Part shown: positions 9,401-18,291 of the stretch, in pieces
Layout of the letters: each line of letters begins with the position of its first letter
Position numbering within the stretch: position 1 is the stretch's first letter
Assembly (NCBI GenBank): GCA_045648305.1
Contig: JAZRNR010000163.1
Span: 45,929 to 109,928, forward strand
DNA length: 64,000 nt
Reading direction: 5' to 3'
Origin: Acutalibacteraceae bacterium
GTDB lineage: Bacteria; Bacillota; Clostridia; Oscillospirales; Acutalibacteraceae
Translations under genes and position numbers: made by a program
The notes under the pieces: generated by a model
Databases searched by the model: none
The model's input: only the letters and a program-made list of their open reading frames with translations
What the model was told of the DNA's origin: nothing

Positions 9401-12394
9401 AAGGTACAACCTCAAGATTTGACAGCAAGTGAAATCTCTGTTCGTTTGGGTGCAACTTGGCTTCCACCTGAAGATGTTGAGAGATTTGTATATGAAATTT
9501 TACAGACACCTCGTTATGCACAGTGGAATATTAAGGTTAAATATACCGAACTTACGGGTGAATGGACTATCGTAAATAAGACTTATGACCGAACCAATGT
9601 TGTTTCTAATACAACCTACGGTACAAGTAGAATCAATGGTTATAGAATTATTGAAGATACTCTCAATCTTAAAGATGTTCGTATTTTCGATTATGTCGAA
9701 GATGAACATGGAAATAAAAAGCCTGTTCTCAATAAAAAAGAAACTGCTATTGCTCAGGGTAAGCAAGAAATGATAAAACAAGCCTTTCAGGATTGGATTT
9801 GGAAAGACCCGGAACGAAGAGTAAGACTTGTTAGAATTTATAACGATTTGTTCAATTCAATGCGAGCTCGTGAGTATGATGGTAGTCATATCACATTTTC
9901 GGGTATGAACCCTGAAATATCTTTACGGCCACATCAAATAAATGCTGTTGCCCGTATTATGTACGGTGGTAATTCCTTACTTGCTCATGTTGTTGGTGCA
10001 GGCAAGACCTTTGAAATTGTTGCTGCAGCACAGGAAAGCAAAAGGCTGGGACTTTGCAATAAATCCCTTATTGTAGTTCCTAACCACCTTACAGAACAGT
10101 GGGCATCCGAATACCTCCAACTTTATCCTTCAGCAAACATTCTTGTTTCTACGAAGAAAGACTTTGAAACAAAGAACCGTAAGAAGTTCTGTGCTCGTAT
10201 TGCCACGGGTGATTATGATGCTATTATCATAGGTCATTCACAGTTTGAAAAAATTCCTATCAGTATTGAAAGACAAAAAGAAATGCTTCAGCGACAGATT
10301 GATGAAATAACTCTCGGTGTGCAACAAATCAAGTATGACAGAGGTGAGAAAATCACCGTTAAACAGCTTGAAAAAACGAAGAAATCGTTACAGACGAAAC
10401 TCGATAAGCTCAATGACCAAAGCCGTAAAGACGATGTTGTTACCTTTGAAGAATTAGGTGTTGACAGACTCTTTGTTGACGAAGCTCACAATTTCAAGAA
10501 CCTCTTTCTATATACAAAAATGAGAAACGTGGGCGGTATCGCACAGACGGAAGCACAGAAATCTTCCGACCTTTATATGAAGTGCAGATACCTTGACGAA
10601 GTGACTGGAAACAAAGGTGTTATCTTTGCTACGGGTACTCCCGTTTCAAACTCAATGGTAGAGCTTTATACAATGCAGAGATACCTTCAGTATGATGCAC
10701 TTGAAGATAAGCATTTACAGCATTTCGACTCTTGGGCATCAACATTTGGTGAAACTGTTACAGCTATTGAACTTGCCCCCGAAGGTACAGGTTATCGTGC
10801 GAAAACACGATTTGCAAAGTTCTATAACCTACCCGAACTTATGATGATGTTCAGGCAAGTTGCTGATATTCAAACGGCAGATATGCTCAATCTTCCCGTT
10901 CCTAAAGCAAACTTTCATAATATTGCAGTTAAGCCGACAGAACATCAGAAACAGATTGTTGAATCTCTTTCAGAACGAGCCGAAAAGGTAAGAAACAAGA
11001 TGGTTGATTCAAGTGTTGATAATATGCTTCTCATTACCAATGACGGCAGAAAGTTAGCACTTGACCAAAGACTCTTCAATGAACTGTTACCTGATGACCC
11101 TGACAGTAAGGTTGCAGCTTGTGTTGATAATGTTTATGGCATTTGGGAGAAAACAACTCCTCAAAAATCAACACAGCTTATTTTCTGTGATTTATCTACT
11201 CCGCATAATGACGGTAAGTTTAATGTTTATGATGACATTAAGAAGAAGCTTATTGCAAAAGGTGTCCCGGAAAGTGAAATAGCCTTTATTCATAATGCAG
11301 ATAGTGAAGCAAAGAAAAAAGACCTTTTCGGAAAAGTCCGTTCAGGTCAAGTTCGTGTTCTTATAGGTTCAACCGCCAAAATGGGTGCAGGAACTAATGT
11401 TCAGCAGAAGCTCATAGCAATTCATCATACTGACTGTCCGTGGCGTCCTGCAGATTTGCATCAGCGTGAAGGTAGAATTATCCGACAAGGTAATGAAAAC
11501 CCCGAAGTTGAAATTTACAGTTATGTAACAGAGCAGACCTTTGATGCATACCTTTATCAGCTCGTTGAGAATAAGCAAAAGTTTATAGGTCAGATTATGA
11601 CTTCCAAATCGCCTGTGCGTTCAGCAGAAGATGTTGACGAGCAGGCGTTATCTTATGCCGAAATCAAAGCTCTTGCAACAGGTAATCCGTATATCAAGGA
11701 AAAGATGGATTTGGATGTTGCCGTTTCAAAGCTCAAACTTTTGAAGCAGAACCATTTGAGTCAGAGATATAGCCTTGAGGACAGAATTATTAAGTTCTAT
11801 CCTCAACAGATAAAGCAAGGTGAAGAAAGAATTGCCGGGTACAATGCAGATATTGAAAGAGCAAAAGAAAACACCTTCCCGAGTGTTGATAACTTCTCAC
11901 CTATGGTGGTTGAAGATGTTACCTATGACGAAAAGAAAGGTGCAGGTTCAGCACTTTTGGTGGCTTGTAAGGCGATGACTTCACCTGAACCGAAAGCAAT
12001 AGGTTCATACCGTGGCTTTAATATGGAGATGTCATTCAATTCTTTTGAAAAAGAATATGTATTAACTCTTGTAGGTTCACTCAGACATTCTGTATCTCTC
12101 GGTGCTGATATTTACGGTAATATTACCCGTCTTGATAACCTTATATCTTCAATGCCTGACAAATTAAAGGCTTGTGAAGAAAGACTTGCTGATACAAAGG
12201 TTCAGCTTGAAAATGCAAAAGCAGAGGTTGAAAGACCGTTTCCGCAGGAAGAAGAACTCTCACAAAAAATGGAGAGATTAGCAGAGCTTAATGCTTTGCT
12301 TGATATGGACCATCGTGAAAATGAAATTGTCGATGGAGAAGTAGAGCAAGAAGGAACAGAAAGACCTGTTATTGATAAATCGATTTCAAGATAA
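3485..12394 (+). CDS. polyvalent conjugative-element protein: ArdC-N-like ssDNA-binding + 2x MutS-domain-I-like + N6-adenine DNA methyltransferase + SNF2/DEAH helicase
   Basis: Uninterrupted 2969-codon ORF. Domain motifs, N- to C-terminal:
- ArdC-N-like: ILIYSQRPDATACAEIGFWN.
- MutS-I-like: LLMHTGGFYIAFGKDA and LVLYQVGDFFEAYGEEAKQIAKALDI.
- Methyltransferase motif I ILEPSCGTGNFIG and motif IV GNVPFG.
- Helicase: GAGKTFE, DEAHNFKN, HQREGRIIRQGN. Confidence 0.9.
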   Translation: MASKLQIINAMFDDEVSKVTDSYDRWTSFLRTASNNYKYNFHEQILIYSQRPDATACAEIGFWNDKMNRWVNRGASGIALFDYSGNYQRLRYVFDVSDTNSFYGYEVPRWEVKDRYHSEIAEALTNAFGDTAEGGLESVIDDTARNMAEDNAIDYISTLKDSADGSFLEELDEDNISVVLKNTLASSIGYMMMTRCGINADEFYDREDFKDLFNFNTPSTVIAMGVAVSDIAEMGLREIESTVKNIQKLEKKQNRTFVNVKETEYDEGAINQTERRNENVTDELQTGRGLSDSESHIASRGERYTWEVRYDEEEIPDGTQEGLFHSVDSEGRTDANRQTDGNRSFTDDGAADRTADEILGSDGGTQSIRPDEVGRLDEQHQDDSRGNRDEGTDLQLSGHDFDARWNGVEYFHQDKQKSELIRSFLTPHTEEIAMFYESHSDKQERSDFIKSFFNSIPYETTLTNGVKAGFEAYSDAIRLWRDDGTELREAWSKWFQIERSVFGMILIEEWTEPQALLLPGVETQLEFIGTKVKDAVLPLPQGAIDYVLGSGSGFSEGKMRVYRQFTESLSKEDNIKFLKNEYGTGGGTSVIPGTGYWENHDAKGIEISDHYSVPERRTLLKWNYVEKRISELIRLDRYLSQKEKEMYPQWLEERIAKEAAWKKTNEIRQIIRDAPEKQGPPKEYRFEYNLGDTVYIGADEYTILSLEDPVILNDSQYPLFSKELSKADFEQKIKENPANNHLRVEVAVEIPVINNELETEVDDSNKPDFLVQYEQVKKENPDGVLLMHTGGFYIAFGKDAQTLSKYTHYTAPGKNFYGNVFTPCCEVLDFNLSYCQKELYANNNINIVIMEVDKGVVDRFPTPSVEITETFDVEYTDAFFVNDGSNNVEWIYYNPDGNDGKGQFVNNLITFEDILKAAELHTDEKEFFDYLGSVAKQTLSDYGTKEYKEDYEYFHSAVDLTDCTNETMQALIEEAKTIERDAPANPENSRDSYWDAYNDIKHDNPSSLVLYQVGDFFEAYGEEAKQIAKALDIHLTERTVYGNTRVDMCGVPKHRLETYLDMLTDRGFDVTVSAFENGERKTFSLISTNKEDPVESRPVGRIDYLHTDGTVRESIEYTSEYQFVKDIKDENYYGTPMSVVAYADNDGNTVSLDFISELDPQLQSFQVVRSPYLEKSLSERLVDFYESFDFYGFRDTLEIGESKEDAADKLALDLQNPQSIDAAIAELESLVAEADPEDKATAQQLIAELKEEKDKLTVIPDAELIGKEVIIDGTAFVIEKIDPVFGQVSMRDTSSLYPINRVENINVVREYINQQNTPSYLIEKVDEISAEESGLPFDVTIQTLRTEAPTLTPPVWEEKKEKVTTLYPTIPDSEKHNFRITDDNLGVGGPKEKFRNNMAAINLLHDLEFENRLATPEEQEILSKYVGFGGLADAFDESKANWADEYKELIVTLSPEEYAAARESTLTAFYTPPGVIRAMYEALGNMGFSEGNILEPSCGTGNFIGMLPDNMQKSNFFGVELDSLTGRIAQQLYQKSGITVQGYENASLPDSFFDVAIGNVPFGQFKVIDKKYDKNNWLIHDYFFGKTLDKVRPGGVIAFITSSGTLDKRNSNVRKYIAQRAELLGAIRLPNNTFKANAGTEVTSDILFLQKRDTLVNDEPDWVHLDRDENGNEYNKYFVDHPEMVLGEMVMESSQFGYSLTCKPYEDRNLTDLLSEAVQNIHAEITEFDISEIGEVEDNSVPADPNVKNFSFTVVEDKIYYRQNSRMNPVDVSATAESRIKGMIKIRDCVRELIRLQTDDYTDSAILSAQERLNTLYDDFTKKYGLLNARANRLAFADDSSYCLLCSLEIVGENGELKRKADMFTKRTIKPHIKVTSVSTASEALAVSIGEKAKVDMDFMCELTGKTEQELFEELKGVIFLNPEYTNEYSNDERYLPADEYLSGNVRKKLELARRTAEIYPDDYNINVEMLEKVQPQDLTASEISVRLGATWLPPEDVERFVYEILQTPRYAQWNIKVKYTELTGEWTIVNKTYDRTNVVSNTTYGTSRINGYRIIEDTLNLKDVRIFDYVEDEHGNKKPVLNKKETAIAQGKQEMIKQAFQDWIWKDPERRVRLVRIYNDLFNSMRAREYDGSHITFSGMNPEISLRPHQINAVARIMYGGNSLLAHVVGAGKTFEIVAAAQESKRLGLCNKSLIVVPNHLTEQWASEYLQLYPSANILVSTKKDFETKNRKKFCARIATGDYDAIIIGHSQFEKIPISIERQKEMLQRQIDEITLGVQQIKYDRGEKITVKQLEKTKKSLQTKLDKLNDQSRKDDVVTFEELGVDRLFVDEAHNFKNLFLYTKMRNVGGIAQTEAQKSSDLYMKCRYLDEVTGNKGVIFATGTPVSNSMVELYTMQRYLQYDALEDKHLQHFDSWASTFGETVTAIELAPEGTGYRAKTRFAKFYNLPELMMMFRQVADIQTADMLNLPVPKANFHNIAVKPTEHQKQIVESLSERAEKVRNKMVDSSVDNMLLITNDGRKLALDQRLFNELLPDDPDSKVAACVDNVYGIWEKTTPQKSTQLIFCDLSTPHNDGKFNVYDDIKKKLIAKGVPESEIAFIHNADSEAKKKDLFGKVRSGQVRVLIGSTAKMGAGTNVQQKLIAIHHTDCPWRPADLHQREGRIIRQGNENPEVEIYSYVTEQTFDAYLYQLVENKQKFIGQIMTSKSPVRSAEDVDEQALSYAEIKALATGNPYIKEKMDLDVAVSKLKLLKQNHLSQRYSLEDRIIKFYPQQIKQGEERIAGYNADIERAKENTFPSVDNFSPMVVEDVTYDEKKGAGSALLVACKAMTSPEPKAIGSYRGFNMEMSFNSFEKEYVLTLVGSLRHSVSLGADIYGNITRLDNLISSMPDKLKACEERLADTKVQLENAKAEVERPFPQEEELSQKMERLAELNALLDMDHRENEIVDGEVEQEGTERPVIDKSISR
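4320..4673 (+). CDS. tnpV: TnpV-family small protein, nested in +1 frame inside the giant gene
   Basis: The frame opens just after TAA 4293-4295. AAAGGAG sits at 4305-4311, ATG codons at 4314 and 4320, and TAA at 4671-4673. The product YRQVGDYQIPNLTLPPEE..LGKYGMMRKKYLMEHRK....GVTEELKASDPMKWVGLMNNIR..VEEIVMKELIYS matches my memory of the TnpV family pattern. Confidence 0.6.
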   Translation: MSQMSYRQVGDYQIPNLTLPPEENVTLGKYGMMRKKYLMEHRKVYFTQLIAKGELMRTVKQTETEALQMTEQLTGQLMKSWGVTEELKASDPMKWVGLMNNIRMTVEEIVMKELIYS

Positions 12395-12397
12395 TTT

Positions 12398-12904
12398 TTA
12401 CTCCTGATGCCTTTCATTTCGATGGGAGGCATCATATTCTGCCCATACTTTTTCTGCTTCGTCAGTAGTTTCAAAATATAGGTGTTTTTCCAAATATTCG
12501 CCGATTAATATAACAAGGTAGGGGTTATGGTTTTTTGTGCCATAAAATTGCCAATCAAGCATTTCTTCAAGTTCTTCTTTTGTGAAATAAAGACCTTTGC
12601 TATAAAAATCTTTAACTTCTTCAATAGTGTAATCAGGAGGAGAAGTAACAATTCCCATATGTAACGTAACAAATATTTCCGAAATTAATTTCTCTTCTGT
12701 TTCAGTAAGTAAATTTCTTTTTTGTTTGTATTTCTTTAATTCCTCTGGAGTAAAAAGTTCAGGGCGATTTTTGACAAGCAAAAATAAGCGGCACAAGTTA
12801 TCGTAATGTCTTATTAATCTTTTCTTTTCTTCCATTGACTCAATATGCCATAAACCTCTTATTGACATTGCAAGTTTATCTGTAATTTTAACTTCTTTTT
12901 TCAT
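12398..12904 (-). CDS. hypothetical protein (AT-rich cargo)
   Basis: ATG at 12904 lies 8 nt after AAGGAG; the ORF-track GTG at 12913 abuts the RBS. Reverse strand relative to the ICE backbone. No motif recognised. Confidence 0.6.
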   Translation of the reverse strand: MKKEVKITDKLAMSIRGLWHIESMEEKKRLIRHYDNLCRLFLLVKNRPELFTPEELKKYKQKRNLLTETEEKLISEIFVTLHMGIVTSPPDYTIEEVKDFYSKGLYFTKEELEEMLDWQFYGTKNHNPYLVILIGEYLEKHLYFETTDEAEKVWAEYDASHRNERHQE

Positions 12905-13150
12905 TTTGAACACTCCTTACATTTTGGGTTTCATATATATATGACAAAAAAGCAAAATACTTCACATTTTTTTGAAGAGTTCACAAAATGTTTACTATTT
13001 AATAAGTATAGGTAGGAGTCGCAAATTGGTAAACAACCCAATATATCGTGAAAGTTGCATAAAATTGAATAAAAGTACAATTAGTTTACATATTAATTAT
13101 AGATTAACTTGAATTAAAAAAAATATAATGATATAATAAGGAGAAATAAT

Positions 13151-14479
13151 ATGAGATTTAGAGGTGTTTTTATGGACAAAGCTAAAAATCTTGCTGAGAT
13201 TCGTCGAACATGTGCGAATTATGCCTTGGATAGAGATGAATTAACACATTTCTATGTAGATACATCAAAAGCACGTGGGGTTGATATGCTTACACGCCTA
13301 ACGAAACATTTTGACTATGTTCCTAATATTTATCAACAAGTTTTGTATTTGGGTCATCGTGGTTCAGGAAAATCAACGATTTTATATCAGTTAGAGCAGA
13401 AACTTAATAGTGTATATGAAATTATACGGTATTCTGTACAAGAAATGTTGGATATTAAAAATCTCACTTTGGTTGACCTTTTGTTTTCTATGTATGAGAG
13501 AATTTTCTTTATATATGCAAACATCATAAAGGATGATGACAGTGATTATGAAATCATAAACACGATTTATGAAAAATGGTATTCAGCCACAAAAATAGAA
13601 GAAGAAACTCACAAAAAAAGTACAATTAGTGTGGATTTTGGAGGGGAAGTTAAGCCGTCAATAAAGATTGCTAAATTGTTTGCAAAATTAAATACGGCTT
13701 TTCGTTTTAACACTTCTGAAAAAGAGATAGTACTCACAAATGTGAAAAATAGTATCCCAGACTATATATTATATCTCAACGAATTAATAGAACTTATATC
13801 AAAAAAAGTAGGCAAACCCCTTTTGTTTATGTTTGAAGACCTTGAAAAAATTTCACGCACATCTGCAGAAATACTGTTTTTAGATCAGGCAAAGTATATT
13901 CCTATGATAAAGGCACATATGCTACTTACAACACCTATATATTTTAAGTATTCTATGGAATTTAGAAGAGATACTATGCAGTATTTTCCAGACACAGAAC
14001 GATGTCCGATGATTTCATTGACAGATGCACAAAAAAATAAAAATGAATATGGCTATAAAACAATGAAAGATATTGTTTATGCGCGTGTTCAGGAGAATTT
14101 AATTGATGAAGATACACTCGAATTAGCGATTACGTACTCTGGTGGAGTAATAAGAGATTTGTTTGCTATTATACGTGAAGCATCATTAAGTAGTGAAATT
14201 AATGGTAAATTAAATATTTCTAAAGAAGATATAGAAAACGCATTTGTTACTTTTCAGGAAACTTTTTCGGATATTGTTCATGATGTTCATATTCCGGTAA
14301 TTGAAAATGTGTATCAAAATCCTCAAGGACCTATTTGCACTTCAGATTTGTTAATTGAACTTATGTGTGCTGAAGTTATTATTGAGTATAATGGCGAACA
14401 GTGGCGAGGTGTTCATCCTGCAGTTTCTGCTTATTTGGAAAAAAGGGGTATCTTGAATTGTAAAAAAGAGGATAAGTAA
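13151..14479 (+). CDS. P-loop NTPase (AAA/Orc1-Cdc6- or STAND-like ATPase)
   Basis: AAGGAG lies upstream of ATG 13151. Walker A is LGHRGSGKSTILYQL and Walker B-like is LLFMFEDLEKI. Confidence 0.75.
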   Translation: MRFRGVFMDKAKNLAEIRRTCANYALDRDELTHFYVDTSKARGVDMLTRLTKHFDYVPNIYQQVLYLGHRGSGKSTILYQLEQKLNSVYEIIRYSVQEMLDIKNLTLVDLLFSMYERIFFIYANIIKDDDSDYEIINTIYEKWYSATKIEEETHKKSTISVDFGGEVKPSIKIAKLFAKLNTAFRFNTSEKEIVLTNVKNSIPDYILYLNELIELISKKVGKPLLFMFEDLEKISRTSAEILFLDQAKYIPMIKAHMLLTTPIYFKYSMEFRRDTMQYFPDTERCPMISLTDAQKNKNEYGYKTMKDIVYARVQENLIDEDTLELAITYSGGVIRDLFAIIREASLSSEINGKLNISKEDIENAFVTFQETFSDIVHDVHIPVIENVYQNPQGPICTSDLLIELMCAEVIIEYNGEQWRGVHPAVSAYLEKRGILNCKKEDK

Positions 14480-14481
14480 TT

Positions 14482-15966
14482 ATGATTGATAAACTGAGAA
14501 GAATCGAAGATTTTATTCAGGAAACCGAAAGAAATCTTGAAGGATTAAATAGGGTGATGTTATCTTCGGAAAGGAATTTGATTCTGGTCAATATTAATTC
14601 TACTTTTATAACCAAATATATTTTAAAATGGTTGAAAAAAAACAATGTTGATATACAAATTCCGACAGAAGCAGATATTATGGAATGTGGTTCTCTTGGT
14701 GGTTTTTTAAGGTATCAAAAAGAGTTGTGCGATTTTTCAAATAGTTGTTTGATTTTGGACTTTTACGAAGAGTTGTCAGGTTTGTATAGTAATTCACAGG
14801 ATTTGTCAGACGATATAAATATAAACAGAGATTTGTTTAGAAACGCCTTCAATAATGTGATAATATTAACATCCCCTTACAATACATATTCAATAATGCG
14901 ATATTCTATTGATTTCAAAAGTTGCATTAGTTACTATGCTGATATGACAAAATGGTTTTGTAGTATAGTTCCAATCCCACTTGTTAAAATTAGAACGTTT
15001 TCTAACTTGTCTTCAATACTCGTAGATTCTTATCAAAAAAACAAAGAACTTTTTTTAGATTTTATGGATTTAAAAGATAGTATTTCAAAGGTAACAACTT
15101 ATACGCATGAAGTTTTTGTGAATTATTTGAATGAAATTAATAAGTTCAATAATTACTTATATCATTGTGATTTGTTGAATGATCTTATAGATAGGATAGT
15201 TAATATAGAAGCTAAAAAGGGTACTAATGAAAGTAGGATTAAAGATCTTCGAAATATTGCGCATAGCGTGACATTGTCTATTGAAACGGTTGATATTTTA
15301 ATAGTGTTAGCAGAATTTTTTTATAAAGAGAATTGTTTCTCAGAGTCAATATTTTGTTATCAAAAATCAAATCAAATACTAATTGAAAATGGTAATAAAG
15401 ATAAAAACAATCAGGCGGTAATATCATACATACAATGCAATATTGTTGTTTGTAATTATCTTTTGAAAAATAAACATTCGCCAGAAGATTTAATGGAAGA
15501 GTTAAAGTTTCGGTTGATATGTGGTGAAAATATGTGTTCATCTGACCAAATTGAGTTTATGAAAACATATTTGTTATTGGTAAGTTGTTCCATTCAACAT
15601 TACTCATTTTCACAACATATAGACCTTTTTAAAAATTTAACAATGACTAAAAAAACATCTTTTGAAATAATGGATTTATCTGAATCTTATGATGTGGCAT
15701 ATTCGTGGAGTTGCTTTATTGATAATTACTTTTTTCCAGCGGTAATGAATAGAAAAAAATCTGATTTAACAGAAATAATATATTATGTACAAAAGATGAT
15801 ATATTTTTTTTCTAAAGGTGATTATGTAAGAGCAAGGAATTCGTGTAAAACAGCTAGAAGTAAAGCAAAACTTTATGGATACATACAAGTGTATGAAATT
15901 ATTGATAGAATATGGAAAAATATGAAATATTTATATAAAGAATCAATGATGATTGACATTGAATAG
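14482..15966 (+). CDS. large hypothetical protein, degenerate P-loop-like N-domain plus helical-repeat C-region; partner of the ATPase
   Basis: Starts 2 nt after the ATPase stop. N-terminal beta-strand-like blocks NLILVNINSTF, CLILDFYEEL and VIILTSP have no Walker A Lys. The C-terminal half is helical and repeat-like. Confidence 0.6.
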   Translation: MIDKLRRIEDFIQETERNLEGLNRVMLSSERNLILVNINSTFITKYILKWLKKNNVDIQIPTEADIMECGSLGGFLRYQKELCDFSNSCLILDFYEELSGLYSNSQDLSDDININRDLFRNAFNNVIILTSPYNTYSIMRYSIDFKSCISYYADMTKWFCSIVPIPLVKIRTFSNLSSILVDSYQKNKELFLDFMDLKDSISKVTTYTHEVFVNYLNEINKFNNYLYHCDLLNDLIDRIVNIEAKKGTNESRIKDLRNIAHSVTLSIETVDILIVLAEFFYKENCFSESIFCYQKSNQILIENGNKDKNNQAVISYIQCNIVVCNYLLKNKHSPEDLMEELKFRLICGENMCSSDQIEFMKTYLLLVSCSIQHYSFSQHIDLFKNLTMTKKTSFEIMDLSESYDVAYSWSCFIDNYFFPAVMNRKKSDLTEIIYYVQKMIYFFSKGDYVRARNSCKTARSKAKLYGYIQVYEIIDRIWKNMKYLYKESMMIDIE

Positions 15967-16000
15967 TTTTCTTTCTAGTGTAATTTTGTGCTCTATAAAA

Positions 16001-16034
16001 AACATCCATCCAATTAGGGGTGGATGTTTTTATT
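16001..16034 (+). terminator. intrinsic terminator closing the ATPase cassette
   Basis: Stem ACATCCA (16002-16008) pairs with TGGATGT (16021-16027), followed by TTTTTATT. Confidence 0.7.
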
Positions 16035-16045
16035 ATAAAAAGGAG

Positions 16046-16393
16046 ATGATTGATTTAACAAGAGAGAAATTAAATATCGAACTTTACGAAAAGATATACG
16101 CAGAGCAACAGGAGTTCATAAGTTCATTAAAAACTATGACTCCTGAAAGTATTATTCAGCACGCATACGAACTTGTTATCCGCGAAGATATATTATTATC
16201 ACTCGATGATAACGACCTTGATACAAGACAGAGTAAAGCTCTTTTGAATAAAAAGAAACCTCTTGATACACTATTCCTTGCTTGGGAAAAACACGAAGGT
16301 GACCATATGAATGAAATACGTGATTGTATTGAAAACAAGGCTAATGACCTTATTAAACTGGCAAGAATTAAAGCGGGTAGGGACAGCAGATAG
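16046..16393 (+). CDS. DUF3848-like ICE protein
   Basis: ATG 16046 follows AAGGAG. The part of the ORF-track ORF upstream of it spans the terminator. The family call is from memory of ICE gene sets. Confidence 0.6.
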   Translation: MIDLTREKLNIELYEKIYAEQQEFISSLKTMTPESIIQHAYELVIREDILLSLDDNDLDTRQSKALLNKKKPLDTLFLAWEKHEGDHMNEIRDCIENKANDLIKLARIKAGRDSR

Positions 16394-16394
16394 T

Positions 16395-17353
16395 ATGGCA
16401 TATTATTCTCAAAGTGCTATTAACAGAGCAAGGGAAATGGATCTTCTCACTTATCTGCAAACTTATGAACCTAACGAGCTTGTGAGGATTTCAGGTAACA
16501 CTTACACCACAAAAACACACGATAGTTTAAAAATTTCAAACGGGATGTGGATGTGGTGGTCGAGAGGTATCGGCGGAAGAAGTGCTGTTGATTATCTTAT
16601 GAGGGTGCGTGATATGACTTTCATTGAAGCGGTATCACAAATTGCAAATGATGAAAGTGCTCTAAGGAAACAGTATGAAAAACCAAAAACGAGAACGGAA
16701 AGAAATCTAATACTTCCTACAAAAGCAGATAATAATAACATTGCAATCGAGTATTTGAAACAAAGAGGAATTAATGAAGAGGTTATTTCTTACTTCATTG
16801 AAAACGATATGCTCTATCAAAGTGTGCCGATGAATAACATTGTATTTGTCGGTTACGATGAAAATAACAAACCTAAATATGCAGGTATGCGTGGTACAGA
16901 AAAGTACAGATATATCGGTGATGCTTACGGAAGTGATAAGTCATTTCCTTTTCGGTTAGTAAATAAAGACAATACAAATATTCATATTTTTGAAGGTGCA
17001 ATAGATTTATTATCTTATGCAACACTTCTTTATGAGCAAGGTTCTGATTTCAAAAGTCAGAACCTTGTTTCTTTATCCGGAGTATATAAGCCGACAAAAA
17101 ATATGAATAATGCACAGATACCACTTTCATTACAGACTGTACTCAAAGATAATCCGCAACTTAAAACTGTTTATCTTCATTTGGATAATGACTCTGCAGG
17201 CCGTAAAGCTGCAGAGGTAATAAGCAATTTATTGAAAGATAAATACACTGTAAAAAACATTTTGTACCTGTAGGTAAAGATGTAAATGACTATTTATGTT
17301 ATTCAAAAAATTTACCATACAGAACTTTTGAAAAGGAGGTTGCATGTAGATAA
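16395..17353 (+). CDS. DUF3991/Toprim-domain protein (primase-like), interrupted by an apparent 1-nt deletion in an A6 run
   Basis: Toprim DxD motif in YLHLDNDSAGRKAAE. The annotated frame stops at 17271-17273. The +1 frame from 17264 reads PVGKDVNDYL... and ends at TAA 17351-17353, overlapping the next ATG as TAATG. Confidence 0.75.
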
Positions 17354-17913
17354 TGAAAAAATTTGAAGTAATTATAACCGAAACTTTGAAAAAGAAAGTT
17401 GAAGTTGAAGCAGAAACTCAGGAAGAAGCAGAACAGATTGTAACCGATGATTGGTACAGAGGTGAACATATTCTTGATGCTGATAACTTTACCGAAATTA
17501 ACTTTGAAGCAAAGGAATGTATTCCTGAAAAGATAAAAGTTGTTTTGGTTGAACCCGGCAAGATTGCAAAAGTTCAGGAGATTGATTCTTCTCTTGAGAG
17601 TATGCAAAACATTGTCGGAGGTAATGTTGATGTTCGTTATTTATCAGACGGTCTAATTATTCATAACCGTGAAGGTAAACTTCTTTCTTTACCATTAAAC
17701 AGAGGACTGTGTGATGGTGAAGGCAGAGTTAATGATATCATTTTCGGAACATTTTTTATCTGTGACAGTAAAGAAGATGAGTTTACAAGTCTTTCTGATA
17801 AACAGATAACCGAACACTTAAAAAGGTTTAAGTACCCTGAAAAGTTTTTTAAGGTCGATGACCGTATAACTAAAGTACCATATAACCCGATAAAAAAAGA
17901 ACATGAAAGATAA
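17353..17913 (+). CDS. DpnD/PcfM-like N-domain + DUF3846-domain protein
   Basis: VVLVEPGKIAKVQEIDSSLESMQNIVGG....FGTFFICD matches the remembered DUF3846 pattern. The gene is translationally coupled on both sides. Confidence 0.65.
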   Translation: MKKFEVIITETLKKKVEVEAETQEEAEQIVTDDWYRGEHILDADNFTEINFEAKECIPEKIKVVLVEPGKIAKVQEIDSSLESMQNIVGGNVDVRYLSDGLIIHNREGKLLSLPLNRGLCDGEGRVNDIIFGTFFICDSKEDEFTSLSDKQITEHLKRFKYPEKFFKVDDRITKVPYNPIKKEHER

Positions 17914-17927
17914 TGGAGGAATATATA

Positions 17928-18164
17928 ATGAAAAGATTTAAAGCAGTCGTAATTCATTGCTTAGCCAATGTGGTTGAAGTAATTGCAAACTCAAAAGAGG
18001 AAGCTGAAGCAAAGATAAAAGATATTGACAATTCAACTGACGTAATTTCGCAGCTTGAAAACACGAAAATGTTTCCGGTATATAAGGTGTTTGAAGCTGA
18101 CAGCGAGTCAGAGGACTGTGATACAGATGATACTCAGAACGTTTCTGACGACGAAGAAGTCTGA
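17928..18164 (+). CDS. small DpnD/PcfM-like protein with acidic tail
   Basis: GGAGGA lies 7 nt upstream of ATG 17928. The N-terminus resembles that of the previous gene (KRFKAVVIHCLANVVEV vs KKFEVIITETLKKKVEV). Confidence 0.55.
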   Translation: MKRFKAVVIHCLANVVEVIANSKEEAEAKIKDIDNSTDVISQLENTKMFPVYKVFEADSESEDCDTDDTQNVSDDEEV

Positions 18165-18204
18165 TTGATGAGCTGTATTAACAGAAAAAATGCGTGGCAT
18201 CAGT

Positions 18205-18249
18205 CTTAACAAGCATTGGGTAAAAGGGACATTTTACCCGCTTGTTAAG
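18205..18249 (+). other. candidate oriT hairpin
   Basis: Nested perfect inverted repeats: CTTAACAAGC/GCTTGTTAAG enclose GGGTAAAA/TTTTACCC. The hairpin lies about 150 nt upstream of mobC and the relaxase gene. Confidence 0.5.
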
Positions 18250-18291
18250 GGTTTTCACCCCTAACACCCCCGAAGAAAGGAGATGATTCCA

